Assembly (NCBI RefSeq): GCF_006345805.1
Contig: NC_043015.1
Span: 42,842,001-42,906,000 of the forward strand
Reading direction: 5' to 3'
Length of the DNA stretch: 64,000 bases
From: Octopus sinensis
Lineage: Eukaryota
Part shown: positions 35,046-48,715 of the stretch, piece after piece
Numbering within the stretch: the stretch's first letter is position 1
Layout of the letters: each line of letters begins with the position of its first letter
The notes under the pieces: model-generated
Databases searched by the model: none
What the model saw: the letters and a program-made list of their open reading frames with translations, nothing else
Told to the model about the DNA's origin: nothing
Translations under genes and position numbers: made by a program

Positions 35046-37499
35046 TTTCAAAAAAGGATCACAGTTTTTCTTAAGCCATAGTCTCTACCAAACCCACTCA
35101 CAAGGCTTTGGTAGGGCTGAGGCTATAGTAGAAGACATTTGCCCTAGGTGCCACATAATGGGACTGGACCTGGAACCATGTGGTGAGGAAGCAAACTTCT
35201 TACCACACAGCCATGCCAGCCCCTATGTACAACAGGTTGTACTTCAGTTTCCACCTACCAAATTCCCTCATGATTCTTTGATTATCCCTGGTCTATGGCA
35301 GAAGACACTCGTCCAAGGTACCATACAACTGAACCCTAAACCACAAATTTAGGAAAGGGACTTCATAACCACTCAACCTTGCCTGCATCTGTCGGTGATT
35401 ATAAAGTACAACTGAGTTAATGACTTACAGTAAACTTTACTCTTTTTTTTTCTCTTTTTTACTTGTTTCAGTCATGTGACTGCGGCCATGCTGGAGCACC
35501 ACCTGTAGTCGAGCAAATCGACCCCGGAACTTATTCTTTGTAAGCCCAGTACTTATTCTATCGGTCTCTTTTGCTGAACCGCTAAGTGAAGGGGGCGTAA
35601 ACACACCAGCATCGGTTGTCAAGCAATGCTAGGGGGACAAACAGAGGCACACAAACACACATACATATATATATATATATACATATATACGACAGGCTTC
35701 TTTCAGTTTCCGTCTACCAAATCCACTCACAAGGCATTTGGATCGGCCCGAGGCTGTAGCAGAAGACACTTGGCCAAGATGCCACGCAGTGGGACTGAAC
35801 CCGGAACCATGTGGTTGGTTAGCAAGCTACTTACCACACAGCCACTCCTGCGCCTTTGCCGGGTTTATTAACCCTTCATGGACTGGTGGAGTCCCAAGGG
35901 ACCCCAGCCAATTTTAAAATTTATGCAACTTTTACATTTTTTATTTAAATGATTTTATATCTCATGACTTTTATTGTCAATAGTTTATGTATACACACAC
36001 AAATTTTGAGTTAAAAATTTCCAGTCATATATTATAGGATAAAATATGATCATTTGGGTCCAACTGGAACCTTTTAATCTGTGAAATTATATTTTTCTGT
36101 TCTTTTATTCAGATATTCTGATGAACTATGTCAGTTTTCTTCATATTTGTACTGATACGAATCGATATACTAAATAATCTTGTTTTAATTTAAATTTAGT
36201 GTTATATGTTTAGTTTATAAAACTATAAAGAATGTTGATTTCTTTCAACAAAGGTTATTTTCAGTCAATAAATTATATTTTAATTTCCCTCCATTAAACG
36301 CTAATAATTACAAATATATATTCTTTACTCCTTACTCTTTTACTTGTTTCAGTCATTTGACTGCAGCCATGCTGGAGCACCGCCTTTAGTCAAGCAAATC
36401 AACACCAGGACTTATTCTTTGTAAGCCTTGTACTTATTCTATCGGTCTCTTTTGCCGAACCGCTAAGTTACGGGGACATTAACACGCCAGCATTGGTTGT
36501 CAAGTGATGTTGGGGGGACAAACACGAACACACACACACAGATATATACATATATATGACAGGCTTCTTTCAGTTTCTGTCTACCAAATCGACTCACAAG
36601 GCTTTGGTTGGCCCAAGGCTATAGTAGGAGACACAATAGGTTCAGGCATGGCTGTATGGCAAAAAGTTTGCTTCCCATCCATACACTTCTGGGTTTTATA
36701 CCACTGCATGGTACCTTAGTCAAGTGTCTTCTACTATATCCTGACTAAAGAATAAAGGAAGTGCTATTGAACCAGCGCAAGTGTTATTATTATTATTGAT
36801 TCAATGACCCTCCCAATGCACAAAAAAGATCACAGACCATTATTTCAAACCAAATATCTAACTCAGTTTAATTAAAAAATTATAGACAAGGTTTTAATTA
36901 AATAAGTAAGTTGTTCAATTTTAATTAACAAACATAGATGTTTTTCTGGACAGACATCTAATTCTGTTTTAATTAACAAATACAAACAAGTTTTGTTTTG
37001 CAAACAGTTAATTAATAAACACAGACAAGATTTACTACAATGTTATCTTCAATTTTAATTACTAATTCCAGGTAGTTTAAACAACATGGTTAATTCAGTT
37101 TTATTTAACGATCACAGATAGTAATTAAAAACCGATAGCTAGATCAATGTTAGTTAACGAACACCAAGAATGTTTATTACATGTTATATCTAACAGAGTT
37201 TGTTACACAGATAATTAGTCAAATTTTAATTAATAAAAACAGACAAGGTTTACTAGTCAGATAATTATTTCCATTTTAATTAACTAAAACAGATAAGGAT
37301 TATTATTAGCTACATATAAGGCAGTGAGCTGGCAGAATCATTAACACGCTGGGCAAAATATTTAGCGATATTTTGTCCACCTGGACATTCTGAGTTCAAA
37401 TTCTGCTGAGGTCAAATTTGCCTTTCATCCTTTCGGGGTCAGTAAATTAAGTACCAGTGAAACACTAGGGTCGGTGTTATCAACTGGCCTCCTCCCCTC

Positions 37500-38360
37500 A
37501 AATCTGTTTTTGTGTATGTTGGCCCTGTGCACTGGGATAGATTTGTCACATATGGCTTGCATTATGGACATGAAATTTTGTGTTTCATGTCAATATCTGG
37601 TGTGGAGAGACATTTAGGCCAATCCTGTTTGAGGATTTATTCCTTAATCAATTTCCAGTTTGCTTTATGAAAATTTAGTTTGGAGAGATTTTGGGTGCTT
37701 TGTATAGGCTGTATGTCTGCTGGAGCTTTTGGTCCATATATAGACAGCTCTATTATGTTGTGATCCGAGATCAGTGTCGGTGTCACTTTAACATTACGGA
37801 TAATGTCCATTTTATTTGTGAAGCAGAGATCCAGTATATTATTTGCCCTTGTTGGTTGCAGAACTGTTTGTTCCATGAAAGAAGCATTGGTCAGGTGGAT
37901 CAGGGATTCTGCCTGTGCTTGTTGGTGGTGTGCTATTCCTGGGAGCATCTGGCCCCCAGGCCACCCAGTATTGGGGAAGTTAGAGTGCCCCAAAAGGAAT
38001 ACACTGATGTGTCGTTCCAGTTTGGTGAGAACTTCTATCTTTGCCAGGCAGTCTTCAAACTTACCTGTATTATTTGGAGCATCTGGTGGGCAATATGTAG
38101 TACATATGACAATATTGCCTTGTGTACCATTTCAGTGTCACACACTGAATTTGAATATGACAGCAGGGCCTGGGGCATGAGTTCCTCTCGGATGTACACA
38201 GCAACACCACCATGGCCCCTTTCTTTTCTATCTGAGCATATTACAACATATTGTGGTATGTGCATTTCTGCATCCCCTATATCAGGTCTAAGATGCATTT
38301 CCACAAGTGCTATGCATAGAATTTGATTGCATGCAATCTCAAAGACAAGACTTTTGTCTC
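37500..38360 (-). mobile_element. LINE APE-endonuclease fragment (CR1/Jockey-like), decayed
   Basis: DRKERGHGGVAVYIRE, NFPNTGW, PTRANNILDLCFTN and SDHNII motifs across broken frames. Confidence 0.85.
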
Positions 38361-40669
38361 ACTTTGCCTTTCATCCTTTCGGGGTCAATAAATAAAGTAC
38401 CAGTTACGCACTAGGGTCGATGTAATCGACTTAATCCGTTTGTCTGTCATTGTTTGTCCCCTCTATGTTTAACCCCTTGTGGGCAATAAAGAAATATATA
38501 TATGTATATAGTCATTTACTTGTTTCGGTCATTTGACTGTGGCCATGCTGGAGCACCACTTTTAGTCGAGCAAATTGACCCCAGGACTTGTTCTTTGTAA
38601 GCCTGGTACTTATTCTATCGGTCTCTCTTGACGAACCGCTAAGTTACGGGGATGTAAACACACCGGCATCGGTTGTCAAGCGATGTTGGGGATACAACCA
38701 CAAACACACACACACACGCATATATACAACGGGCTTCTTTCAGTTTCTGTCTACCAAATCCACTCAGAAGGCTTTGGTCAGCCCGAGGCTATAGCAGAAG
38801 ACACTTGCCCAAGATGCCACGCAGTGGGACTGAACCCGGAACCATGTGGTTGGTAAGCAAGCTACTTACCACACAGCCACTCCTACGCTTATAGTATATA
38901 TAAATCAACGTCATCATCATCATTAACATCTATTTTCCCTGCTGGCATGGGTTACACACACACACACATACATACACACATACACACACATACAGTGATT
39001 GTTCTCAGATTAAGTAAAATTCCACTTCTTTATATCATTTTCTGTTTTGATCATTCACATTAATAATTAAAATAATTATAAAACAAACTTATGGCTGATA
39101 GATGATGATATACAAAGCAAAGAAACAAAACTCAAAAAAACCCTCACCACAGCACCACACACTCACACACACACATCTCCTGCCCGCCCACGTATCCCCA
39201 CCACCACCACCACCACCACTGCTATTTCACTTACCATTCTCACCACAATGTTATTAATATTAAATGATGGGCAAGAAAAATTGGCAGATAACCCTTTTTT
39301 TTTGTTGGCATTTTGGGGCACATATTTCTAGAAACCTAATTGTTTTAATTCCAACAAAATTGTGTAACAAGCCAACACACATATTACAAGAGATATAATA
39401 TATACCATACAAATAAAACAAACTTCTTGTCATGTTGCCAAGCTGAGAGAAGTTCTGGTCATTTGATTTCTTTCTCATATTATACAATATAATACTAATT
39501 CTCAGAGGAATATACCAAGCCAAGTTCAGACTACAGTTCTTTGTCTTTGCCAGGGATTTCTATGAGAAGAAAATTTTTTGACTATATTTTTGTCTGGAGC
39601 ATCAATTACATATGCCAATAAACTTCATTTTCAAAAATATATTCAAACCATATTCAGAGGATATGTGTGTGACATGTCATACATACATATATACATACAG
39701 ACAGACAAACAGACATACAGGCATATATACATAAGCGCACACGTGTGTTTATCTATCTATTTGTCTGTCTGTCCGTCCGTCCATCCATTCAACCATCTAT
39801 CTAGTTCCATAGAAAGAAAAGCCTACGGAAAAGACCACGGTAACCTCAGGCAGGGAGGAAATATACACGAGAGCAAAGTGCTCTCTCTGTCTCTCTCCTT
39901 TTTCGATTTACAGGATCATGCTCAAAGTGGTTTCGTCACTCGCACGTACCATCTTTGCTGCAAGTGACAAAACCACTTTGAGCATGATCCTGTAAATTGA
40001 AAAAGGAGAGAGACAGAGAGAGCACTTTGCTCTCACGTGTGTATTCCCTCCCTGCCTGAGGTTACCGTGGTTTTTCTGTAGGTTTTTCTTTCCATGGATA
40101 AACCTAATCTTGCTTCTTACATTAAAAATTTTTTTCTGTGATACACAATCTCTTTTGATTGCTTTTTTTTTCCCAACCCCTTTTGATTGGGATTTTACTT
40201 TTTTTTCTCTTTTTTTCCCGATCCTTCTGCCATGTAAAAATTCCCATGCTGCATCATGTAAAAACATTCATACTGTGTCATGTAAAAGGATTTCTGCTGC
40301 ATCATGTAAAAGTGTCCATGTGGTGTCATGCAAAAGCATCCATGTGGCATTACGTAAAAGTGCCTGTGCAGTGCCATGTAAAAGCACCCAGCACGCTCTG
40401 TAAGGTGGTTGGCATTAGGAAGGGCATCCAGCTGTAGAAATGGTCAGCCCATTAACTTTCAGCTGACCTTTGTACACACACACATATACATTTATACACA
40501 TAAATACATCTATCTATCTATACATACATACACATACATATATATATACATGTAAAAGGGCAGCAAGCTGGCAGAATCATTAGCACGCCAGGCGAAATGC
40601 TTAGCAGTATTTCGTCTGTCATTACATTCTGAGTTCAAACTCCGCCGAGTTTGACTTTGCCTTTCATCC

Positions 40670-41330
40670 AACTCGTTCCCTAACTACGAAACAAAAAACG
40701 CAACTACACAAGAAACCTACATCAATAGATTAAAAATTAACAACAAAGAATTTAATATGAATGGGTCTATAATAAGGGAAACCACACCATAAAATACACA
40801 CACGAAGAATTGCGATTTATGCTCAAAGGAGGCAATCCACATAATCCTGGCAAACGAAAATAGTTTACTCAATAAAATATCTGACGTTATATTTACCTGT
40901 AGATACCAATATCTTTCAACTTTTAAATTCTTCAAACATAATTAAACAATAGGATTCTAATTTAGCTTTTCTCCATATTATGGACTCTTCCAAAACTTTA
41001 TATTGTATATAGCATTGTAATATACTTTATATTATACATTGTGTTTAATATCATATGCTTGAAGATAAAAGTCTGATCAAACATTTTCCTTTAAAATTTT
41101 AACCTTGTGATTCTATCAACTCTGATGAGAGAAATATAGAGTGTTGCTATGGTTGGTGTTATCTCGCCCATAGCAACTTATATCTTTTCAAAATAGCCGT
41201 AAGACTTTATACATTATCGTTATCAATCATTTTACATCTGCTTTATTATCCTCTTCATTCAGACTTTGTAAGTACATTTATGGACTTACACTTTTTATAT
41301 ATTTATATTTATGAATTATGTGTTTCTAGA
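40670..41330 (+). mobile_element. Decayed Penelope-like retroelement 3' end (C-terminus of the GIY-YIG region plus pLTR with hammerhead remnant)
   Basis: 40670-40945 translates NSFPNYETKNATTQETYINRLK...P*NTHTKNCDLCSKEAIHIILANENSLLNKISDVIFTCRY, resembling the PLE motif CxLCxxEK..LLNKRSE..xCRH, with one in-frame stop. CTGATGA-long hairpin-(c)AAAA TAGCCGTA at 41122-41201. Confidence 0.75.
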
Positions 41331-41544
41331 TTTTTATGTGTGTATGAATTTTTATATATTTATAAATTTTCGTGTATATGTATGTATTATTTCTTAGAAA
41401 TTGTTTATATATCATATAGATGAATGCATCTATGTATGTACCTTGTATACCATGGAGAATTTCATTAATATGGATTGAATGAATGAATACATACATCGGC
41501 CTTTGAATTTGCTTTCTCCTCTCCTTAATTATATATATCATCAT

Positions 41545-42030
41545 CATTTAAGTCCGGTTTCCATGCTAGCATTGGTTGGACGATTTGACTGAGGTTTGGC
41601 GAACCAGATGGCTGCATCAGACTCCAGTCTGATCCGGCAGAGTTTCTACAGCTGGATGCCCTTCCTAAACGTTAACCACTCCGAGAGTATAGTGGGTGCT
41701 TTTACGTGCCAGTTTGGTGGTACTGGCAGCGGCCACACCCAAATGGTGCTTTTTATGTGCCACCTGCACAGGAGCCAGTCCAGCGGCACTGGCGACGACC
41801 TCGCTCGAATATTTCACATGCCACCAGCACAAGTGCTGGTAAGGCGACGCGGTAACGATCACGTTCGAATGGTGTGCTTAATGTGCCATCGACACAAAGG
41901 CCAGCTTGTTGCTCTGGCAACGATCTCACTCATATGGTACTCTTAGCGCTCCACTAGCAACGGATGCCAGTCACCGAATTTGATTTCGACTTCGATTTCA
42001 CTTGCCTCAACTGGTCTTCGCAAGCAGAGT
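41545..42030 (-). mobile_element. SINE-like family with (GAT)n tail (others near 615-695, 23465-23670, 34698-34960, 58545-58720)
   Basis: Shared GTGGTT..CGTTAGGAAGGGCATCCAGCTGTAGAAAC...CCATGC(T/C)AGCATGGAAA..GGAC(G)TTAAA(C)GATGATG and internal short ATGTGCCAC repeats. Confidence 0.7.
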
Positions 42031-42689
42031 TTGTGCTTAAGCACACATATACACGACTGTATGTGTATGTATCCATTCAAACTTGTGTATTTGTATACTT
42101 GTCTCCATACATGTCAATAATGCCGTTACACAGCTTGTATACATAATTTTTTCTTATTTCGTTTTTTTCCTTCCCCTTTCTTCGTTCCTTTTTCTCTCTC
42201 TTCCTTTCTTTCGTCCCCCCCCTTACTCAGTATATGAGAATCGCTACATAGATTATTTTAACGTGCGTGCGAGATGGTTTGCGTGCATATATGTACGAAT
42301 GCATTTATGTGTATATTTAGATTTATATTTATACGTCTGTATATGTATGGCGTTTGCATGCATCCTTCTGTGTATATATATGTACACTTTAATAATAATA
42401 TGTATTGCAGTGTAATATTTATAATAGGTTTAATTTCTATGCTTTAATTATACTTTCTTCATTAGTGTCAATATGTATTTTATTCAATGTAAGGTTTTTT
42501 CCTCAAATTTTATAATTTTTATAAGTTTTTATATATATATATATACATATATTTTTGACCTTTTTGTTTATCGCTCGAAGATTGACCGTTTTTTTCTAAA
42601 GGGCCAATCAAACAAGTCCATTTTTTTAAAGGTGTAGCGTTTGTAAGAGTCTAGATTGAATTGATATATCGGTTCCATTCTAGCAAAAA

Positions 42690-42727
42690 CTGTCTGATGA
42701 ACGGCAACGAGAAACTCAGAGTAACAG
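42690..42727 (+). ncRNA. Minimal type-I hammerhead ribozyme motif, canonical core
   Basis: CUGU CUGAUGA a CG GCAA CG a GAAA CUCAGAG UA ACAG: 4-bp stem I, short GNRA-capped stem II (weak, 2 bp), near-palindromic ACUC-A-GAGU, GUA cleavage triplet. Confidence 0.65.
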
Positions 42728-42830
42728 ATTTTGTTGAATTTTCTGCTGCTTAAAATAAAGCATATTACTCTACCATTGGTATTTGAGTACTCTTTTTTTC
42801 CACCTTGTTTCACATTTATGTGTTTACTCC

Positions 42831-42866
<36 letters not shown>

Positions 42867-42867
<1 letters not shown>

Positions 42868-43256
42868 TAGCAGTATCGCCCGGCGTTGCTCGGGTTTGTA
42901 AGGGAAATAACTATATAAGCATTTTTAGAGAGTTATAGCCAAAAAATAGCAAAAAAAATGCATTCAAAATGGAAAAAAAAATGATGGTAAATTTTTTTTT
43001 TTAATCGTTGACTCATCGTAGACATTTTTAGAGAGTTACTTCCCTTATTTAATAGCGAAAAAATGCATTAAAATGGAAAAAAATGATGGTAAATTTTTTT
43101 TTAAATCGTAGACGCACGCTAATACCCAGAAGGGCTCGATATGAATCACGACTATAAGATACCTGGTTTTGGTTAAACTGCACCGCAAAATGTGGGAGTA
43201 GTTAGGAATCTAAATCGTAGGAGACAGACACACAACCTTACTTTTATATATAAAGA
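42867..43256 (-). mobile_element. Non-autonomous Helitron
   Basis: On minus: A|TC start (TCTTTATATATAAA), 3' hairpin CCCGAGCAACGCCGGG about 8 nt before CTAG|T; no TSD. Confidence 0.8.
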
Positions 43257-43493
43257 TAATCCTGATCGGTAAGCGCAAGTGTTCTCCGTTTGTAAGGCAT
43301 GTATTCCCACAGTTCGAGTCTTTGATGGAACTGCAGTCCTACGTCAAAGAAAAAATGAATGCAATTTTCGTTGTGAGCATGCAAAATTACAGGCGAAAGT
43401 TTAAAATGACTGGAGGAAATTGAATAAAATAAGTATTAGTGCTTTCATTAAGAGTGTGTATGTGTGACCCTCCCTACCACGTATATTGTAATA

Positions 43494-43875
43494 CTAGCAG
43501 TATCGCCCGGCGTTGCTCAGGTTTGTAAGGGAAATAACTATAAAGCATTTTTAGAGTTATAGCCAAAAAATAGCAAAAAAATGGAAAAAAAATTATGGTA
43601 AATTTTTTTTTGAGTTAGAAAAGGTCGAGTTGCGTCCCCTAGACAGTCTGTGGTTTGTGTTTCTGATTCTCGACCCCATGTCGAATTTATCGATTTTTTT
43701 CAGAACTGGGGGAACTTTTCAAAATTTTCGCTGCGTTAGTTTTGAATTATGACATTGGGCTATGTGTGTGTCAAGTTTCATCAGAATCGGTTGAAAGCCG
43801 TGGTCAGGGTGAGGGTACAACCTAACAGACACACAGAAACACACACAGACAAACTGCCGTTTATATAGAGAGAGA
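43494..43875 (-). mobile_element. Non-autonomous Helitron (same 3' end, different 5' half)
   Basis: A|TCTCTCTCTATATAA start; CCTGAGCAACGCCGGGCGATACTGCTAG|T end. Confidence 0.8.
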
Positions 43876-45004
43876 TAAGATGAAATGTTTTATGTTTGCT
43901 GCCCACACACATCTTTGCCAGTATATATGCAGTGAAGCTTTACTATAACATCGTAAAATTATTGACTACTATTTCCAGTAAACATTGGAGCCTTGTAACA
44001 TTCCATATATATATATATCATCATCATCATCGTTATATATATATGGAATGTTACAAGGCTCCAATGTTTACTGGAAATAGCAGTCAATAATTTTACAATG
44101 TTATAGTAAAGCTTCACTGCATATATACTGGCAAAGATGTGTGGGCAGTGAACATAAAACATTTTATCTTACCTCTAAGAAGAGCATTACATAAATGGAC
44201 AACCCAGATTTGGATAATCTAGTACTTAGGTTTCGAACTCTTCAAATATGTTTGTAATTATAAATTTGATTAGTCTTCTTCAGCTAAATTTACCTGGACA
44301 ATATTTCAAATGTTGCTACATCAATGCCAGTATACTTGCCTGAATGCCTAGCTGTTAACAGAACCAAGAACATATACTATGAAGGTGCATGGCTCAGTGG
44401 TTACGGTGTTGCATTCATGATTACGAGGTTGTGGGTTCGATTCTCAGACCGGGCGTTATATTGTGTTCTTGAGCAATGCACTTCATTTCACATTGCTCTG
44501 CGATTATTTCATCATCTGACATGTGGCACCCATTGCACCTGTACAGGTAATGTCAATCTGATGCCGGGAGTGAGCTTACGTGTACACAAACATTTGATCT
44601 CTATAAACAAACAATAACCTGTGTGGTTGTTCGGTCAGAAGTTGTCGAACCCTCATACGTCGTCCAATGACGAGAGAGTCCGTCATATGTAAACAATATC
44701 GCTGTTTATTTTCATTTTTTGACAAAAATTTTCAGGACACAAAAATTGAAGGAACGAACATGTTGAAGTTATTAATTAACAAATCTTTATTTAAGACTAT
44801 AGAAATTAATAATAATAATAATAATAATAATAATGATAATAATAATAATTATGATAATAATAATAATAATTATAATAATAATAATAATAGTAAAGAATGA
44901 GAGGAAAAAATATAAATTAAAAATAAAACAAAATTTCATGTTCCCATGTGAAATGACTCAAACAATGGATTTAGAATAAAGAATGTAAACAAAAACGCAG
45001 TGTG

Positions 45005-46639
45005 TATGTTTGTATATATACATATATGTATATATATATGTATATATATAATATATATGTATATACATAAATATATATATAATATATATGTATATACATA
45101 AATATATATATAATATATATGTATAACATAATTATATATAATATATCTGTATATACATATAATATTTATATAATATATAGTATATACATAAATATATATA
45201 AATATATATGTATATAAAATATATATATAATATATATGTATAAACTACAATATATATAATATATATGTATATATATATATATAAATATATATATAAATAT
45301 ATATGTATATATATATATATAAATATATATATAATATATATGTATATATATATAAATATAATATAATATATATGTATATATATATATAAATATATATATA
45401 ATATATTGTATTATATATATATAAATATATATGTATATATATATATAAATATATATGTAATATATATGTATATATATATATAAATATATATGTAATATAT
45501 ATGTATATATATATATAATATATATGTAATATATATGTATATATATATATAAATATATATGTATATATGTATATATATATATAAATATATATGTAATATA
45601 TATGTATATATATATATAAATATATATTAATATATATGTATATATATATATAAATATATATAATATATATGTATATATATATAATATATATATATATCAC
45701 ACATATGTATGTCTCAGGAACATATATACACATATATATATGCATACATACACACATACATTTGTATACACTCACACCAACTCTCACATACTTGAAACAT
45801 AACACACAGGCAAACACACGCACACACACACACACATACGCACAGTCACACACACTCTCATGCACACACCTAATTTAATAAATAGTCTTAGTTAAGATAA
45901 AAGTGAGTTAACGAGAGGTTTCGACAACTTCAAAGGTTGTTATTATTATTATTATTAAGAGTTATTTCCACACATTTTTTTGGGAAACAAATTTTCAGAT
46001 TAAAAAAAAAAAAAAAATTAGAAATATAGATAGAAAATATAAACAATGTCTTTTATTTTATTTTATTTTATTTCAACATTTTTTTTTTTAATTGTTTTTA
46101 CTTAAAATTTCTGTTGACAAATTTGAATTTGGTTTCAAGATAGGAAGTCGTTTATAGAGGGATGAAATGTAGTTTTTTTTTTTTTTGGTTTTATTAAAAA
46201 AAAAAAAAAAAATCAAATCAGACATCATTTTGGTTTAATTGCAACAGTTAATTAATTAAAGCATATTTGGAGGGAAAAAAAAAAAGAAGTTTGTTTTTTT
46301 TTGTCTAGAAGTTAACCCTTTCACTCACTGCATTGTCCGACGTTCACTGAACTTCCAAGAAGTTCTTGCTTTATGGAACTTTTGTTGAAGTCATCTGCAG
46401 ACTGTCATATTCAACCATAGTAACCACAGTCAAGAAGAAAAAAGAACCTATGTTTATGTACGTTCATGCAGTATATATATGTATATATACAATGATATCT
46501 GTATTATGAGATATATATATCACATATATGATATTATATATATATATATATATGTTATGATATATATATCACATATATATATATATATCTATATATATAT
46601 ATTATATATATATATATATGTTATGATATATATATATGT

Positions 46640-46671
<32 letters not shown>

Positions 46672-47260
46672 GTTATGATATATATATTATCACATATATG
46701 ATATATATATATATGTTATAATATATATATCACATATGATATATATATATATATCACATATATGATATATTATATAATATATATATATGTTATGATATAT
46801 ATATATCACATATATGATATATATATATATATCACATATATGAATATTATATATATATATATCACTTATATATATATTATATATATATATATATGTAATA
46901 TTATATAATATATTATCACATATATATATATATATCTATATATATATATATGTTATGATATATATATATGTATGATATATATATATATCACATGATATAT
47001 TATATATATATATATCACATATATTATATATATATATATATTTGTTATGATATATATATATATCACATATATGATATATTATATATATATATATGTTATA
47101 TATATATATATATGTTATGATATATATATATCACATATATAACTTATACAGTTTTCAGTACAATGTGTGTGTATATATATATATATAATATATATATAAT
47201 ATACTTATATATTATTAGATATACAGGTTTTAGTATAGTAAATGTATATACATGATTATA
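45005..47260. repeat. Long degenerate (TA)n tracts (45005-45740 and 46470-47260; similar at 50005-50540, 51140-51520, 60640-61180, 62590-63180)
   Basis: Direct inspection. Confidence 0.9.
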
Positions 47261-48678
47261 TAAATATATTATGCACACACACACATATATATTACCTGTA
47301 TATATCATAAATGATATTATATATACTTATATTGCATATAAATTACATTACATATACAACCACATTGAATCCTTTTTTTTTTTTAATAAGAACATGACCA
47401 CGAGTAGTAACTGGTGATCCCAATTCTCAATTGCACAGCTATTTGGTTGATCAGACATCAGTCTGGACCTTGGACAATGTAGGACTGAAAAGGTCGAAGT
47501 ATATTTTTTTTAGTAAAAAAAATGAATTTTTTTTTTACTTTGAAAAAAAAAAAAAAAGAGAGAGAGGGAGAGAGATAAAGCAAAAAAAAAAAATGTAGAA
47601 GAGGTAAAAAAAAAAGACAAGTAATTAGTTAGTTAGGAAGACAATGTAGATAATAAATAGTGATTTCTTACTCAGGCACAAGGCCACAAATTATCATAGC
47701 AGTATGGAGGCAGAGATGTTGGAGTTGTGGTTTCAAATGTTGGGGGTGAATGAAGATAGTATGGCATAGAAGACGTTTCGTAATTAAAAAAAATTTTTTG
47801 TCTTTTTTTCCTCTCAGTTGGTTTTTCACACTTTTTTGTTTTTTTTAATATTTAAAGGTCGTTAGCGTGACATCATATTATTATGAAATGAATTATGTTT
47901 TAATTTTTAACCGGGGATTAGATATAAGAAATGAGGATGATGGTGGTGGTGGAGGGAGAGTGGGTAAGAAAAAAATAAAAAAATAAAAAAAAATGAATGG
48001 TGGACTCTGCTCACCGGGAGCCAGCCCCTTCTTGTACAATGTTCACCATGAGATATTAACGGGAGAAAAAAAAAACTAATAAAGATATAATTGAAAAACG
48101 AAATTAAAACCAAGTGAAATGAATATTCATAAAAGAAAAACAGACAAAAAAGCGAAAATTAAAAATGCAAAATAAAAATAAAACAGAAAAAAAAAAAACT
48201 CGAAGAACTAAATCGATAGGATTCAAAAAAAGGACAATTTACAAAAAAATTCTTAATTTCATTTCTAAGAATTTTAGAACATTATTTCTTCTGATCTAGT
48301 AAATATATAAATTTAGATTTCATACACACACACACACACACACACATATTTATAATCCCAGGAATACGCCCTATGATCTTAAAATATTAATAAATTCCAT
48401 CCAAGGGACTGTTATTAGTTTTACTATATTTATCCTACATTATATCGGCACAGCTTGGTGTGACCCCAAAAAAACTGGTATTGCCAAATGGCATCATTAG
48501 GCTGTGGTCAACACAATAAAACAGGAGCTTTCATATACATACTGAAAACGTTTCCTGTAAACAAACTTAGAGGATATATATATATACTGTTGTGTCTGGG
48601 GAGAGTCATTCTCTTTTAGTGCCTTATAATTTAACACACTCACCGGTAAAATTTCCACTTATTTCTTATTTTTATTTT

Positions 48679-48715
48679 CTAAAATTTTCATTGCGTCTTG
48701 CAACCTTTTCAATAG
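48679..48715 (-). ncRNA. Minimal hammerhead motif, U3-A8 core variant, at a foldback axis
   Basis: Minus: CUA UUGAAAA G GUUGC aagac GCAAU GAAA AU UU UAG; palindromic AAAAUUUU. Confidence 0.55.

Noticed and set aside
19570-38894. Recurrent peptide DGLLSVSVYQIHSQGFGRPEAIVEDTCPRCHAVGLNPEPCGW suggesting a gene family
   Set aside because: It is the antisense translation of SINE A copies; starts and frames are inconsistent.
48522-48560. Hammerhead-like CAGG...GAAAACGUUU CCUG
   Set aside because: No NUGANNA core strand can be placed.
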